Assembly: GCA_964057225.1 (NCBI GenBank)
Contig: OZ059896.1
Location: 18,724,001-18,788,000, forward strand
Source of the DNA: Auanema rhodensis
Taxonomy: Eukaryota > Animalia > Nematoda
Direction: 5' to 3'
DNA: 64,000 bases
This document shows, piece after piece, positions 49,044 through 61,865 of this stretch. The translations under genes were made by a program, and so were the position numbers. The notes beneath the pieces are model-generated. The model was not told the DNA's origin. It saw only the letters and a program-made list of their open reading frames with translations, and did not search any database. Numbering within the stretch: position 1 is the first letter of the stretch; the number at the start of each line of letters is the position of its first letter.

Positions 49044-49347
49044 TTATTTTTTGTTTCAAAAAAATCATTACCTGATAGTTTACATGTTTTATTCTGTATT
49101 ATCTCATACAATTAAAAAAATACTAGCAGTAAAACAAATGCAGTGATAATATTCTCGAAAATGTTCCTATTCAGAGTGAGAAAGTATCAAAAATTTCCCG
49201 AAGGTTTTCTCATAAGCTACTAAAAGAAAAGTATTATTTCATATTATTATTTTTTCAGACCTAGAATCGATAAAAAAAAATCAACTACATTTTAGTGAGT
49301 TACTGGGTTGGGGTATACAAATTGTCTAATTTGAATGCGATTTAAAT

Positions 49348-49420
49348 GGCCTTGTGGCCTAATGGATAAGGCGTCGGACTTCGGATCCGAAGATTGTAGG
49401 TTCGAGTCCTGCCAGGGTCG
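49348..49420 (+). tRNA. tRNA-Arg(TCG) A
   Basis: As 314-386. Confidence 0.95.
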
Positions 49421-49724
49421 TTATTTTTTGTTTTAAAAAAATCATTACCTGATAGTTTACATTTTTTATTCTGTATTATCTCATACAATTGAAAAAAATA
49501 CTAGCAGTAAAACAAATGCAGTGATAATATTCTCGAAAATGTTCCTATTCAGAGTGAGAAAGTATCAAAAATTGCCCGAAGGTTTTCTCATAAGGTACTA
49601 AAATAAAAGTATTATTTCATATTATTATTTTTTCAGACCTAGAATCGATAAAAAAAATTAACTACATTTTAGTGAGTTACTGGGTTGGGTTATACAAATT
49701 GTCTAATTAGAATGCGATTTACAT

Positions 49725-49797
49725 GGCCTTGTGGTCTAATGGATAAGGCGTCGGACTTCGGATCCGAATGTTGTAGGTTCGAGTCCTGCCAGGGTTG
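49725..49797 (+). tRNA. tRNA-Arg(TCG) B
   Basis: Class B. Confidence 0.8.
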
Positions 49798-50101
49798 TTA
49801 TTTTTTGTTTCAAAAAAATCATTACCTGATAGTTTACATGTTTTATGCTGTATTATCTCATACAATTGAAAAAAATACTAGCAGTAAAACAAATGCAGTG
49901 ATGATATTCTCGAGAATGTTCCTATTCAGAGTGAGAAAATATCAAAAATTTCAAGACGGTTTTCTCATAAGGTACTAAAATAAAAGTATTATTTCATATT
50001 ATTATTTTTTCAGACCTAGAATCGATAAAAAAAATCAACTACATTTTAGTGAGTTACTAGGTTGGGTTATACAAATTGTCTAATTTGAATGCGATTTAAA
50101 T

Positions 50102-50174
50102 GGCCTTGTGGCCTAATGGATAAGGCGTCGGACTTCGGATCCGAAGATTGTAGGTTCGAGTCCTGCCAGGGTCG
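50102..50174 (+). tRNA. tRNA-Arg(TCG) A
   Basis: As 314-386. Confidence 0.95.
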
Positions 50175-50478
50175 TTATTTTTTGTTTCAAAACAATCATT
50201 ACCTGATAGTTTACATGTTTTATTCTATATTATCTCATACAATTGAAAAAAATACTAGCAGTAAAACAAATGCAGTGTTAATATTCTCGAGAATGTTCCT
50301 ATTCAGAGTGAGAAAATATCGAAAATTTCCCGAAGCTTTTCTCATAAGGTACTAAAATAAAAGTATTATTTCATATTATTATTTTTTCAGACCTAGAATC
50401 GATAAAAAAAATTAACTACATTTTAGTGAGTTACTGGGTTGGGTTATACAAATTGTCTAATTAGAATGCGATTTAGAT

Positions 50479-50551
50479 GGCCTTGTGGTCTAATGGATAA
50501 GGCGTCGGACTTCGGATCCGAAAATTTTAGGTTCGAGTCCTGTCAGGGTCG
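50479..50551 (+). tRNA. tRNA-Arg(TCG) D with G45A
   Basis: Class D, variable loop AAATT. Confidence 0.75.
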
Positions 50552-50855
50552 TTATTTTTTGTTTTAAAAAAATCATTACCTGATAGTTTACATTTTTTAT
50601 TCTGTATTATCTCATACAATTGAAAAAAATACTAGCAGTAAAACAAATGCAGTGTTAATATTCTCGAGAATGTTCCTATTCAGAGTGAGAAAATATCGAA
50701 AATTTCCCGAAGGTTTTCTCATAAGGTACTAAAATAAAAGTATTATTTCATATTATTATTTTTTCAGACCTAGAATCGATAAAAAAAATTAACTACATTT
50801 TAGTGAGTTACTGGGTTGGGTTATACAAATTGTCTAATTAGAATGCGATTTACAT

Positions 50856-50928
50856 GGCCTTGTGGTCTAATGGATAAGGCGTCGGACTTCGGATCCGAAT
50901 GTTGTAGGTTCGAGTCCTGCCAGGGTTG
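50856..50928 (+). tRNA. tRNA-Arg(TCG) B
   Basis: Class B. Confidence 0.8.
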
Positions 50929-51232
50929 TTATTTTTTGTTTCAAAAAAATCATTACCTGATAGTTTACATGTTTTATGCTGTATTATCTCATACAATTGA
51001 AAAAAATACTAGCAGTAAAACAAATGCAGTGATGATATTCTCGAGAATGTTCCTATTCAGAGTGAGAAAATATCAAAAATTTCAAGACGGTTTTCTCATA
51101 AGGTACTAAAATAAAAGTATTATTTCATATTATTATTTTTTCAGACCTAGAATCGATAAAAAAAATCAACTACATTTTAGTGAGTTACTAGGTTGGGTTA
51201 TACAAATTGTCTAATTTGAATGCGATTTAAAT

Positions 51233-51305
51233 GGCCTTGTGGCCTAATGGATAAGGCGTCGGACTTCGGATCCGAAGATTGTAGGTTCGAGTCCTGCCAG
51301 GGTCG
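51233..51305 (+). tRNA. tRNA-Arg(TCG) A
   Basis: As 314-386. Confidence 0.95.
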
Positions 51306-51609
51306 TTATTTTTTGTTTCAAAACAATCATTACCTGATAGTTTACATGTTTTATTCTATATTATCTCATACAATTGAAAAAAATACTAGCAGTAAAACAA
51401 ATGCAGTGTTAATATTCTCGAGAATGTTCCTATTCAGAGTGAGAAAATATCGAAAATTTCCCGAAGCTTTTCTCATAAGGTACTAAAATAAAAGTATTAT
51501 TTCATATTATTATTTTTTCAGACCTAGAATCGATAAAAAAAATTAACTACATTTTAGTGAATTACTGGGTTGGGTTATACAAATTGTCTAATTAGAATGC
51601 GATTTACAT

Positions 51610-51682
51610 GGCCTTGTGGCCTAATGGATAAGGCGTCGGACTTCGGATCCGAAGATTTTAGGTTCGAGTCCTGTCAGGGTCG
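51610..51682 (+). tRNA. tRNA-Arg(TCG) C
   Basis: Class C. Confidence 0.8.
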
Positions 51683-51987
51683 TTATTTTTTGTTTTAAAA
51701 AAATCATTACCTGATAGTTTACATTTTTTATTCTGTATTATCTCATACAATTGAAAAAAATACTAGCAGTAAAACAAATGCAGTGATAATATTCTCGAAA
51801 ATGTTCCTATTCAGAGTGAGAAAGTATCAAAAATTGCCCGAAGGTTTTCTCATAAGGTACTAAAAGAAAAGTATTATTTCATATTATTATTTTTTCAGAC
51901 CTAGAATCGATAAAAAAAAATCAACTACATTTTAGTGAGTTACTAGGTTGGGTTATACAAATTGCCTAATTTGAATGCGATTTAAAT

Positions 51988-52060
51988 GGCCTTGTGGCCT
52001 AATGGATAAGGCGTCGGACTTCGGATCCGAAGATTGTAGGTTCGAGTCCTGCCAGGGTCG
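51988..52060 (+). tRNA. tRNA-Arg(TCG) A
   Basis: As 314-386. Confidence 0.95.
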
Positions 52061-52364
52061 TTATTTTTTGTTTCAAAACAATCATTACCTGATAGTTTAC
52101 ATGTTTTATTCTATATTATCTCATACAATTGAAAAAAATACTAGCAGTAAAACAAATGCAGTGTTAATATTCTCGAGAATGTTCCTATTCAGAGTGAGAA
52201 AATATCGAAAATTTCCCGAAGGTTTTCTCATAAGGTACTAAAATAAAAGTATTATTTCATATTATTATTTTTTCAGACCTAGAATCGATAAAAAAAATTA
52301 ACTACATTTTAGTGAGTTACTGGGTTGGGTTATACAAATTGTCTAATTAGAATGCGATTTACAT

Positions 52365-52437
52365 GGCCTTGTGGTCTAATGGATAAGGCGTCGGATTTCG
52401 GATCCGAATGTTGTAGGTTCGAGTCCTGCCAGGGTTG
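52365..52437 (+). tRNA. tRNA-Arg(TCG) B'
   Basis: Class B plus C32T. Confidence 0.8.
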
Positions 52438-52741
52438 TTATTTTTTGTTTCAAAAAAATCATTACCTGATAGTTTACATGTTTTATGCTGTATTATCTCA
52501 TACAATTGAAAAAAATACTAGCAGTAAAACAAATGCAGTAATGATATTCTCGAGAATGTTCCTATTCAGAGTGAGAAAATATCAAAAATTTCAAGACGGT
52601 TTTCTCATAAGGTACTAAAATAAAAGTATTATTTCATATTATTATTTTTTCAGACCTAGAATCGATAAAAAAAATCAACTACATTTTAGTGAGTTACTAG
52701 GTTGGGTTATACAAATTGTCTAATTTGAATGCGATTTAAAT

Positions 52742-52814
52742 GGCCTTGTGGCCTAATGGATAAGGCGTCGGACTTCGGATCCGAAGATTGTAGGTTCGAG
52801 TCCTGCCAGGGTCG
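52742..52814 (+). tRNA. tRNA-Arg(TCG) A
   Basis: As 314-386. Confidence 0.95.
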
Positions 52815-53118
52815 TTATTTTTTGTTTCAAAACAATCATTACCTGATAGTTTACATGTTTTATTCTATATTATCTCATACAATTGAAAAAAATACTAGCA
52901 GTAAAACAAATGCAGTGTTAATATTCTCGAGAATGTTCCTATTCAGAGTGAGAAAATATCGAAAATTTCCCGAAGCTTTTCTCATAAGGTACTAAAATAA
53001 AAGTATTATTTCATATTATTATTTTTTCAGACCTAGAATCGATAAAAAAAATTAACTACATTTTAGTGAGTTACTGGGTTGGGTTATACAAATTGTCTAA
53101 TTAGAATGCGATTTACAT

Positions 53119-53191
53119 GGCCTTGTGGCCTGATGGATAAGGCGTCGGACTTCGGATCCGAAGATTTTAGGTTCGAGTCCTGTCAGGGTCG
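53119..53191 (+). pseudogene. tRNA-Arg(TCG) C with A14G, probable pseudogene
   Basis: GGCCTGATGG: invariant A14 lost at 53132, on top of the U49-U65 mismatch. Confidence 0.65.
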
Positions 53192-53496
53192 TTATTTTTT
53201 GTTTTAAAAAAATCATTACCTGATAGTTTACATTTTTTATTCTGTATTATCTCATACAATTGAAAAAAATACTAGCAGTAAAACAAATGCAGTGATAATA
53301 TTCTCGAAAATGTTCCTATTCAGAGTGAGAAAGTATCAAAAATTGCCCGAAGGTTTTCTCATAAGGTACTAAAAGAAAAGTATTATTTCATATTATTATT
53401 TTTTCAGACCTAGAATCGATAAAAAAAAATCAACTACATTTTAGTGAGTTACTAGGTTGGGTTATACAAATTGTCTAATTTGAATGCGATTTAAAT

Positions 53497-53569
53497 GGCC
53501 TTGTGGCCTAATGGATAAGGCGTCGGACTTCGGATCCGAAGATTGTAGGTTCGAGTCCTGCCAGGGTCG
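53497..53569 (+). tRNA. tRNA-Arg(TCG) A
   Basis: As 314-386. Confidence 0.95.
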
Positions 53570-53873
53570 TTATTTTTTGTTTCAAAACAATCATTACCTG
53601 ATAGTTTACATGTTTTATTCTATATTATCTCATACAATTGAAAAAAATACTAGCAGTAAAACAAATGCAGTGTTAATATTCTCGAGAATGTTCCTATTCA
53701 GAGTGAGAAAATATCGAAAATTTCCCGAAGGTTTTCTCATAAGGTACTAAAATAAAAGTATTATTTCATATTATTATTTTTTCAGACCTAGAATCGATAA
53801 AAAAAATTAACTACATTTTAGTGAGTTACTGGGTTGGGTTATACAAATTGTCTAATTAGAATGCGATTTACAT

Positions 53874-53946
53874 GGCCTTGTGGTCTAATGGATAAGGCGT
53901 CGGACTTCGGATCCGAATGTTGTAGGTTCGAGTCCTGCCAGGGTTG
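53874..53946 (+). tRNA. tRNA-Arg(TCG) B
   Basis: Class B. Confidence 0.8.
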
Positions 53947-54250
53947 TTATTTTTTGTTTCAAAAAAATCATTACCTGATAGTTTACATGTTTTATGCTGT
54001 ATTATCTCATACAATTGAAAAAAATACTAGCAGTAAAACAAATGCAGTGATGATATTCTCGAGAATGTTCCTATTCAGAGTGAGAAAATATCAAAAATTT
54101 CAAGACGGTTTTCTCATAAGGTACTAAAATAAAAGTATTATTTCATATTATTATTTTTTCAGACCTAGAATCGATAAAAAAAATCAACTACATTTTAGTG
54201 AGTTACTAGGTTGGGTTATACAAATTGTCTAATTTGAATGCGATTTAAAT

Positions 54251-54323
54251 GGCCTTGTGGCCTAATGGATAAGGCGTCGGACTTCGGATCCGAAGATTGT
54301 AGGTTCGAGTCCTGCCAAGGTCG
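54251..54323 (+). tRNA. tRNA-Arg(TCG) A with G68A
   Basis: CCAAGGTCG: U5-A68 Watson-Crick pair. Confidence 0.95.
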
Positions 54324-54627
54324 TTATTTTTTGTTTCAAAAAAATCATTACCTGATAGTTTACATGTTTTATTCTGTATTATCTCATACAATTAAAAAAA
54401 TACTAGCAGTAAAACAAATGCAGTGATAATATTCTCGAAAATGTTCCTATTCAGAGTGAGAAAGTATCAAAAATTTCCCGAAGGTTTTCTCATAAGCTAC
54501 TAAAAGAAAAGTATTATTTCATATTATTATTTTTTCAGACCTAGAATCGATAAAAAAAAATCAACTACATTTTAGTGAGTTACTGGGTTGGGGTATACAA
54601 ATTGTCTAATTTGAATGCGATTTAAAT

Positions 54628-54700
54628 GGCCTTGTGGCCTAATGGATAAGGCGTCGGACTTCGGATCCGAAGATTGTAGGTTCGAGTCCTGCCAGGGTCG
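54628..54700 (+). tRNA. tRNA-Arg(TCG) A
   Basis: As 314-386. Confidence 0.95.
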
Positions 54701-55004
54701 TTATTTTTTGTTTTAAAAAAATCATTACCTGATAGTTTACATTTTTTATTCTGTATTATCTCATACAATTGAAAAAAATACTAGCAGTAAAACAAATGCA
54801 GTGATAATATTCTCGAAAATGTTCCTATTCAGAGTGAGAAAGTATCAAAAATTGCCCGAAGGTTTTCTCATAAGGTACTAAAATAAAAGTATTATTTCAT
54901 ATTATTATTTTTTCAGACCTAGAATCGATAAAAAAAATTAACTACATTTTAGTGAGTTACTGGGTTGGGTTATACAAATTGTCTAATTAGAATGCGATTT
55001 ACAT

Positions 55005-55077
55005 GGCCTTGTGGTCTAATGGATAAGGCGTCGGACTTCGGATCCGAATGTTGTAGGTTCGAGTCCTGCCAGGGTTG
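55005..55077 (+). tRNA. tRNA-Arg(TCG) B
   Basis: Class B. Confidence 0.8.
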
Positions 55078-55381
55078 TTATTTTTTGTTTCAAAAAAATC
55101 ATTACCTGATAGTTTACATGTTTTATGCTGTATTATCTCATACAATTGAAAAAAATACTAGCAGTAAAACAAATGCAGTGATGATATTCTCGAGAATGTT
55201 CCTATTCAGAGTGAGAAAATATCAAAAATTTCAAGACGGTTTTCTCATAAGGTACTAAAATAAAAGTATTATTTCATATTATTATTTTTTCAGACCTAGA
55301 ATCGATAAAAAAAATCAACTACATTTTAGTGAGTTACTAGGTTGGGTTATACAAATTGTCTAATTTGAATGCGATTTAAAT

Positions 55382-55454
55382 GGCCTTGTGGCCTAATGGA
55401 TAAGGCGTCGGACTTCGGATCCGAAGATTGTAGGTTCGAGTCCTGCCAGGGTCG
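55382..55454 (+). tRNA. tRNA-Arg(TCG) A
   Basis: As 314-386. Confidence 0.95.
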
Positions 55455-55758
55455 TTATTTTTTGTTTCAAAACAATCATTACCTGATAGTTTACATGTTT
55501 TATTCTATATTATCTCATACAATTGAAAAAAATACTAGCAGTAAAACAAATGCAGTGTTAATATTCTCGAGAATGTTCCTATTCAGAGTGAGAAAATATC
55601 GAAAATTTCCCGAAGCTTTTCTCATAAGGTACTAAAATAAAAGTATTATTTCATATTATTATTTTTTCAGACCTAGAATCGATAAAAAAAATTAACTACA
55701 TTTTAGTGAGTTACTGGGTTGGGTTATACAAATTGTCTAATTAGAATGCGATTTAGAT

Positions 55759-55831
55759 GGCCTTGTGGTCTAATGGATAAGGCGTCGGACTTCGGATCCG
55801 AAGATTTTAGGTTCGAGTCCTGTCAGGGTCG
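55759..55831 (+). tRNA. tRNA-Arg(TCG) D
   Basis: Class D. Confidence 0.8.
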
Positions 55832-56135
55832 TTATTTTTTGTTTTAAAAAAATCATTACCTGATAGTTTACATTTTTTATTCTGTATTATCTCATACAAT
55901 TGAAAAAAATACTAGCAGTAAAACAAATGCAGTGTTAATATTCTCGAGAATGTTCCTATTCAGAGTGAGAAAATATCGAAAATTTCCCGAAGGTTTTCTC
56001 ATAAGGTACTAAAATAAAAGTATTATTTCATATTATTATTTTTTCAGACCTAGAATCGATAAAAAAAATTAACTACATTTTAGTGAGTTACTGGGTTGGG
56101 TTATACAAATTGTCTAATTAGAATGCGATTTACAT

Positions 56136-56208
56136 GGCCTTGTGGTCTAATGGATAAGGCGTCGGACTTCGGATCCGAATGTTGTAGGTTCGAGTCCTGC
56201 CAGGGTTG
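56136..56208 (+). tRNA. tRNA-Arg(TCG) B
   Basis: Class B. Confidence 0.8.
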
Positions 56209-56512
56209 TTATTTTTTGTTTCAAAAAAATCATTACCTGATAGTTTACATGTTTTATGCTGTATTATCTCATACAATTGAAAAAAATACTAGCAGTAAAA
56301 CAAATGCAGTGATGATATTCTCGAGAATGTTCCTATTCAGAGTGAGAAAATATCAAAAATTTCAAGACGGTTTTCTCATAAGGTACTAAAATAAAAGTAT
56401 TATTTCATATTATTATTTTTTCAGACCTAGAATCGATAAAAAAAATCAACTACATTTTAGTGAGTTACTAGGTTGGGTTATACAAATTGTCTAATTTGAA
56501 TGCGATTTAAAT

Positions 56513-56585
56513 GGCCTTGTGGCCTAATGGATAAGGCGTCGGACTTCGGATCCGAAGATTGTAGGTTCGAGTCCTGCCAGGGTCG
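56513..56585 (+). tRNA. tRNA-Arg(TCG) A
   Basis: As 314-386. Confidence 0.95.
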
Positions 56586-56889
56586 TTATTTTTTGTTTCA
56601 AAACAATCATTACCTGATAGTTTACATGTTTTATTCTATATTATCTCATACAATTGAAAAAAATACTAGCAGTAAAACAAATGCAGTGTTAATATTCTCG
56701 AGAATGTTCCTATTCAGAGTGAGAAAATATCGAAAATTTCCCGAAGCTTTTCTCATAAGGTACTAAAATAAAAGTATTATTTCATATTATTATTTTTTCA
56801 GACCTAGAATCGATAAAAAAAATTAACTACATTTTAGTGAGTTACTGGGTTGGGTTATACAAATTGTCTAATTAGAATGCGATTTACAT

Positions 56890-56962
56890 GGCCTTGTGGC
56901 CTAATGGATAAGGCGTCGGACTTCGGATCCGAAGATTTTAGGTTCGAGTCCTGTCAGGGTCG
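56890..56962 (+). tRNA. tRNA-Arg(TCG) C
   Basis: Class C. Confidence 0.8.
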
Positions 56963-57267
56963 TTATTTTTTGTTTTAAAAAAATCATTACCTGATAGTTT
57001 ACATTTTTTATTCTGTATTATCTCATACAATTGAAAAAAATACTAGCAGTAAAACAAATGCAGTGATAATATTCTCGAAAATGTTCCTATTCAGAGTGAG
57101 AAAGTATCAAAAATTGCCCGAAGGTTTTCTCATAAGGTACTAAAAGAAAAGTATTATTTCATATTATTATTTTTTCAGACCTAGAATCGATAAAAAAAAA
57201 TCAACTACATTTTAGTGAGTTACTAGGTTGGGTTATACAAATTGCCTAATTTGAATGCGATTTAAAT

Positions 57268-57340
57268 GGCCTTGTGGCCTAATGGATAAGGCGTCGGACT
57301 TCGGATCCGAAGATTGTAGGTTCGAGTCCTGCCAGGGTCG
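57268..57340 (+). tRNA. tRNA-Arg(TCG) A
   Basis: As 314-386. Confidence 0.95.
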
Positions 57341-57644
57341 TTATTTTTTGTTTCAAAACAATCATTACCTGATAGTTTACATGTTTTATTCTATATTATC
57401 TCATACAATTGAAAAAAATACTAGCAGTAAAACAAATGCAGTGTTAATATTCTCGAGAATGTTCCTATTCAGAGTGAGAAAATATCGAAAATTTCCCGAA
57501 GGTTTTCTCATAAGGTACTAAAATAAAAGTATTATTTCATATTATTATTTTTTCAGACCTAGAATCGATAAAAAAAATTAACTACATTTTAGTGAGTTAC
57601 TGGGTTGGGTTATACAAATTGTCTAATTAGAATGCGATTTACAT

Positions 57645-57717
57645 GGCCTTGTGGTCTAATGGATAAGGCGTCGGATTTCGGATCCGAATGTTGTAGGTTC
57701 GAGTCCTGCCAGGGTTG
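57645..57717 (+). tRNA. tRNA-Arg(TCG) B'
   Basis: Class B plus C32T. Confidence 0.8.
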
Positions 57718-58021
57718 TTATTTTTTGTTTCAAAAAAATCATTACCTGATAGTTTACATGTTTTATGCTGTATTATCTCATACAATTGAAAAAAATACTA
57801 GCAGTAAAACAAATGCAGTGATGATATTCTCGAGAATGTTCCTATTCAGAGTGAGAAAATATCAAAAATTTCAAGACGGTTTTCTCATAAGGTACTAAAA
57901 TAAAAGTATTATTTCATATTATTATTTTTTCAGACCTAGAATCGATAAAAAAAATCAACTACATTTTAGTGAGTTACTAGGTTGGGTTATACAAATTGTC
58001 TAATTTGAATGCGATTTAAAT

Positions 58022-58094
58022 GGCCTTGTGGCCTAATGGATAAGGCGTCGGACTTCGGATCCGAAGATTGTAGGTTCGAGTCCTGCCAGGGTCG
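58022..58094 (+). tRNA. tRNA-Arg(TCG) A
   Basis: As 314-386. Confidence 0.95.
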
Positions 58095-58398
58095 TTATTT
58101 TTTGTTTCAAAACAATCATTACCTGATAGTTTACATGTTTTATTCTATATTATCTCATACAATTGAAAAAAATACTAGCAGTAAAACAAATGCAGTGTTA
58201 ATATTCTCGAGAATGTTCCTATTCAGAGTGAGAAAATATCGAAAATTTCCCGAAGGTTTTCTCATAAGGTACTAAAATAAAAGTATTATTTCATATTATT
58301 ATTTTTTCAGACCTAGAATCGATAAAAAAAATTAACTACATTTTAGTGAGTTACTGGGTTGGGTTATACAAATTGTCTAATTAGAATGCGATTTACAT

Positions 58399-58471
58399 GG
58401 CCTTGTGGTCTAATGGATAAGGCGTCGGACTTCGGATCCGAATGTTGTAGGTTCGAGTCCTGCCAGGGTTG
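58399..58471 (+). tRNA. tRNA-Arg(TCG) B
   Basis: Class B. Confidence 0.8.
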
Positions 58472-58775
58472 TTATTTTTTGTTTCAAAAAAATCATTACC
58501 TGATAGTTTACATGTTTTATGCTGTATTATCTCATACAATTGAAAAAAATACTAGCAGTAAAACAAATGCAGTGATGATATTCTCGAGAATGTTCCTATT
58601 CAGAGTGAGAAAATATCAAAAATTTCAAGACGGTTTTCTCATAAGGTACTAAAATAAAAGTATTATTTCATATTATTATTTTTTCAGACCTAGAATCGAT
58701 AAAAAAAATCAACTACATTTTAGTGAGTTACTAGGTTGGGTTATACAAATTGTCTAATTTGAATGCGATTTAAAT

Positions 58776-58848
58776 GGCCTTGTGGCCTAATGGATAAGGC
58801 GTCGGACTTCGGATCCGAAGATTGTAGGTTCGAGTCCTGCCAGGGTCG
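58776..58848 (+). tRNA. tRNA-Arg(TCG) A
   Basis: As 314-386. Confidence 0.95.
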
Positions 58849-59152
58849 TTATTTTTTGTTTCAAAAAAATCATTACCTGATAGTTTACATGTTTTATTCT
58901 GTATTATCTCATACAATTAAAAAAATACTAGCAGTAAAACAAATGCAGTGATAATATTCTCGAAAATGTTCCTATTCAGAGTGAGAAAGTATCAAAAATT
59001 TCCCGAAGGTTTTCTCATAAGCTACTAAAAGAAAAGTATTATTTCATATTATTATTTTTTCAGACCTAGAATCGATAAAAAAAAATCAACTACATTTTAG
59101 TGAGTTACTAGGTTGGGTTATACAAATTGTCTAATTTGAATGCGATTTAAAT

Positions 59153-59225
59153 GGCCTTGTGGCCTAATGGATAAGGCGTCGGACTTCGGATCCGAAGATT
59201 GTAGGTTCGAGTCCTGCCAGGGTCG
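59153..59225 (+). tRNA. tRNA-Arg(TCG) A
   Basis: As 314-386. Confidence 0.95.
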
Positions 59226-59529
59226 TTATTTTTTGTTTCAAAACAATCATTACCTGATAGTTTACATGTTTTATTCTATATTATCTCATACAATTGAAAA
59301 AAATACTAGCAGTAAAACAAATGCAGTGTTAATATTCTCGAGAATGTTCCTATTCAGAGTGAGAAAATATCGAAAATTTCCCGAAGCTTTTCTCATAAGG
59401 TACTAAAATAAAAGTATTATTTCATATTATTATTTTTTCAGACCTAGAATCGATAAAAAAAATTAACTACATTTTAGTGAGTTACTGGGTTGGGTTATAC
59501 AAATTGTCTAATTAGAATGCGATTTAGAT

Positions 59530-59602
59530 GGCCTTGTGGTCTAATGGATAAGGCGTCGGACTTCGGATCCGAAGATTTTAGGTTCGAGTCCTGTCAGGGT
59601 CG
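59530..59602 (+). tRNA. tRNA-Arg(TCG) D
   Basis: Class D. Confidence 0.8.
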
Positions 59603-59906
59603 TTATTTTTTGTTTTAAAAAAATCATTACCTGATAGTTTACATTTTTTATTCTGTATTATCTCATACAATTGAAAAAAATACTAGCAGTAAAACAAATG
59701 CAGTGTTAATATTCTCGAGAATGTTCCTATTCAGAGTGAGAAAATATCGAAAATTTCCCGAAGGTTTTCTCATAAGGTACTAAAATAAAAGTATTATTTC
59801 ATATTATTATTTTTTCAGACCTAGAATCGATAAAAAAAATTAACTACATTTTAGTGAGTTACTGGGTTGGGTTATACAAATTGTCTAATTAGAATGCGAT
59901 TTACAT

Positions 59907-59979
59907 GGCCTTGTGGTCTAATGGATAAGGCGTCGGACTTCGGATCCGAATGTTGTAGGTTCGAGTCCTGCCAGGGTTG
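59907..59979 (+). tRNA. tRNA-Arg(TCG) B
   Basis: Class B. Confidence 0.8.
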
Positions 59980-60283
59980 TTATTTTTTGTTTCAAAAAAA
60001 TCATTACCTGATAGTTTACATGTTTTATGCTGTATTATCTCATACAATTGAAAAAAATACTAGCAGTAAAACAAATGCAGTGATGATATTCTCGAGAATG
60101 TTCCTATTCAGAGTGAGAAAATATCAAAAATTTCAAGACGGTTTTCTCATAAGGTACTAAAATAAAAGTATTATTTCATATTATTATTTTTTCAGACCTA
60201 GAATCGATAAAAAAAATCAACTACATTTTAGTGAGTTACTAGGTTGGGTTATACAAATTGTCTAATTTGAATGCGATTTAAAT

Positions 60284-60356
60284 GGCCTTGTGGCCTAATG
60301 GATAAGGCGTCGGACTTCGGATCCGAAGATTGTAGGTTCGAGTCCTGCCAGGGTCG
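60284..60356 (+). tRNA. tRNA-Arg(TCG) A
   Basis: As 314-386. Confidence 0.95.
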
Positions 60357-60660
60357 TTATTTTTTGTTTCAAAACAATCATTACCTGATAGTTTACATGT
60401 TTTATTCTATATTATCTCATACAATTGAAAAAAATACTAGCAGTAAAACAAATGCAGTGTTAATATTCTCGAGAATGTTCCTATTCAGAGTGAGAAAATA
60501 TCGAAAATTTCCCGAAGCTTTTCTCATAAGGTACTAAAATAAAAGTATTATTTCATATTATTATTTTTTCAGACCTAGAATCGATAAAAAAAATTAACTA
60601 CATTTTAGTGAGTTACTGGGTTGGGTTATACAAATTGTCTAATTAGAATGCGATTTACAT

Positions 60661-60733
60661 GGCCTTGTGGCCTAATGGATAAGGCGTCGGACTTCGGATC
60701 CGAAGATTTTAGGTTCGAGTCCTGTCAGGGTCG
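60661..60733 (+). tRNA. tRNA-Arg(TCG) C
   Basis: Class C. Confidence 0.8.
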
Positions 60734-61038
60734 TTATTTTTTGTTTTAAAAAAATCATTACCTGATAGTTTACATTTTTTATTCTGTATTATCTCATACA
60801 ATTGAAAAAAATACTAGCAGTAAAACAAATGCAGTGATAATATTCTCGAAAATGTTCCTATTCAGAGTGAGAAAGTATCAAAAATTGCCCGAAGGTTTTC
60901 TCATAAGGTACTAAAAGAAAAGTATTATTTCATATTATTATTTTTTCAGACCTAGAATCGATAAAAAAAAATCAACTACATTTTAGTGAGTTACTAGGTT
61001 GGGTTATACAAATTGCCTAATTTGAATGCGATTTAAAT

Positions 61039-61111
61039 GGCCTTGTGGCCTAATGGATAAGGCGTCGGACTTCGGATCCGAAGATTGTAGGTTCGAGTCC
61101 TGCCAGGGTCG
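61039..61111 (+). tRNA. tRNA-Arg(TCG) A
   Basis: As 314-386. Confidence 0.95.
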
Positions 61112-61415
61112 TTATTTTTTGTTTCAAAACAATCATTACCTGATAGTTTACATGTTTTATTCTATATTATCTCATACAATTGAAAAAAATACTAGCAGTA
61201 AAACAAATGCAGTGTTAATATTCTCGAGAATGTTCCTATTCAGAGTGAGAAAATATCGAAAATTTCCCGAAGGTTTTCTCATAAGGTACTAAAATAAAAG
61301 TATTATTTCATATTATTATTTTTTCAGACCTAGAATCGATAAAAAAAATTAACTACATTTTAGTGAGTTACTGGGTTGGGTTATACAAATTGTCTAATTA
61401 GAATGCGATTTACAT

Positions 61416-61488
61416 GGCCTTGTGGTCTAATGGATAAGGCGTCGGATTTCGGATCCGAATGTTGTAGGTTCGAGTCCTGCCAGGGTTG
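61416..61488 (+). tRNA. tRNA-Arg(TCG) B'
   Basis: Class B plus C32T. Confidence 0.8.
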
Positions 61489-61792
61489 TTATTTTTTGTT
61501 TCAAAAAAATCATTACCTGATAGTTTACATGTTTTATGCTGTATTATCTCATACAATTGAAAAAAATACTAGCAGTAAAACAAATGCAGTGATGATATTC
61601 TCGAGAATGTTCCTATTCAGAGTGAGAAAATATCAAAAATTTCAAGACGGTTTTCTCATAAGGTACTAAAATAAAAGTATTATTTCATATTATTATTTTT
61701 TCAGACCTAGAATCGATAAAAAAAATCAACTACATTTTAGTGAGTTACTAGGTTGGGTTATACAAATTGTCTAATTTGAATGCGATTTAAAT

Positions 61793-61865
61793 GGCCTTGT
61801 GGCCTAATGGATAAGGCGTCGGACTTCGGATCCGAAGATTGTAGGTTCGAGTCCTGCCAGGGTCG
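61793..61865 (+). tRNA. tRNA-Arg(TCG) A
   Basis: As 314-386. Confidence 0.95.

Larger units (their letters stand above)
50089..55368 (+). repeat. 14-mer higher-order repeat A1-D-B-A1-C-A2-B'-A1-C-A2-B-H-I-B (5280 bp)
   Basis: Offsets 50089->55369, 51220->56500 and 51975->57255 are all 5280. The same unit order starts at 301, 12749, 27836, 42923, 55369 and 59140, with whole-unit gains or losses. Confidence 0.88.
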
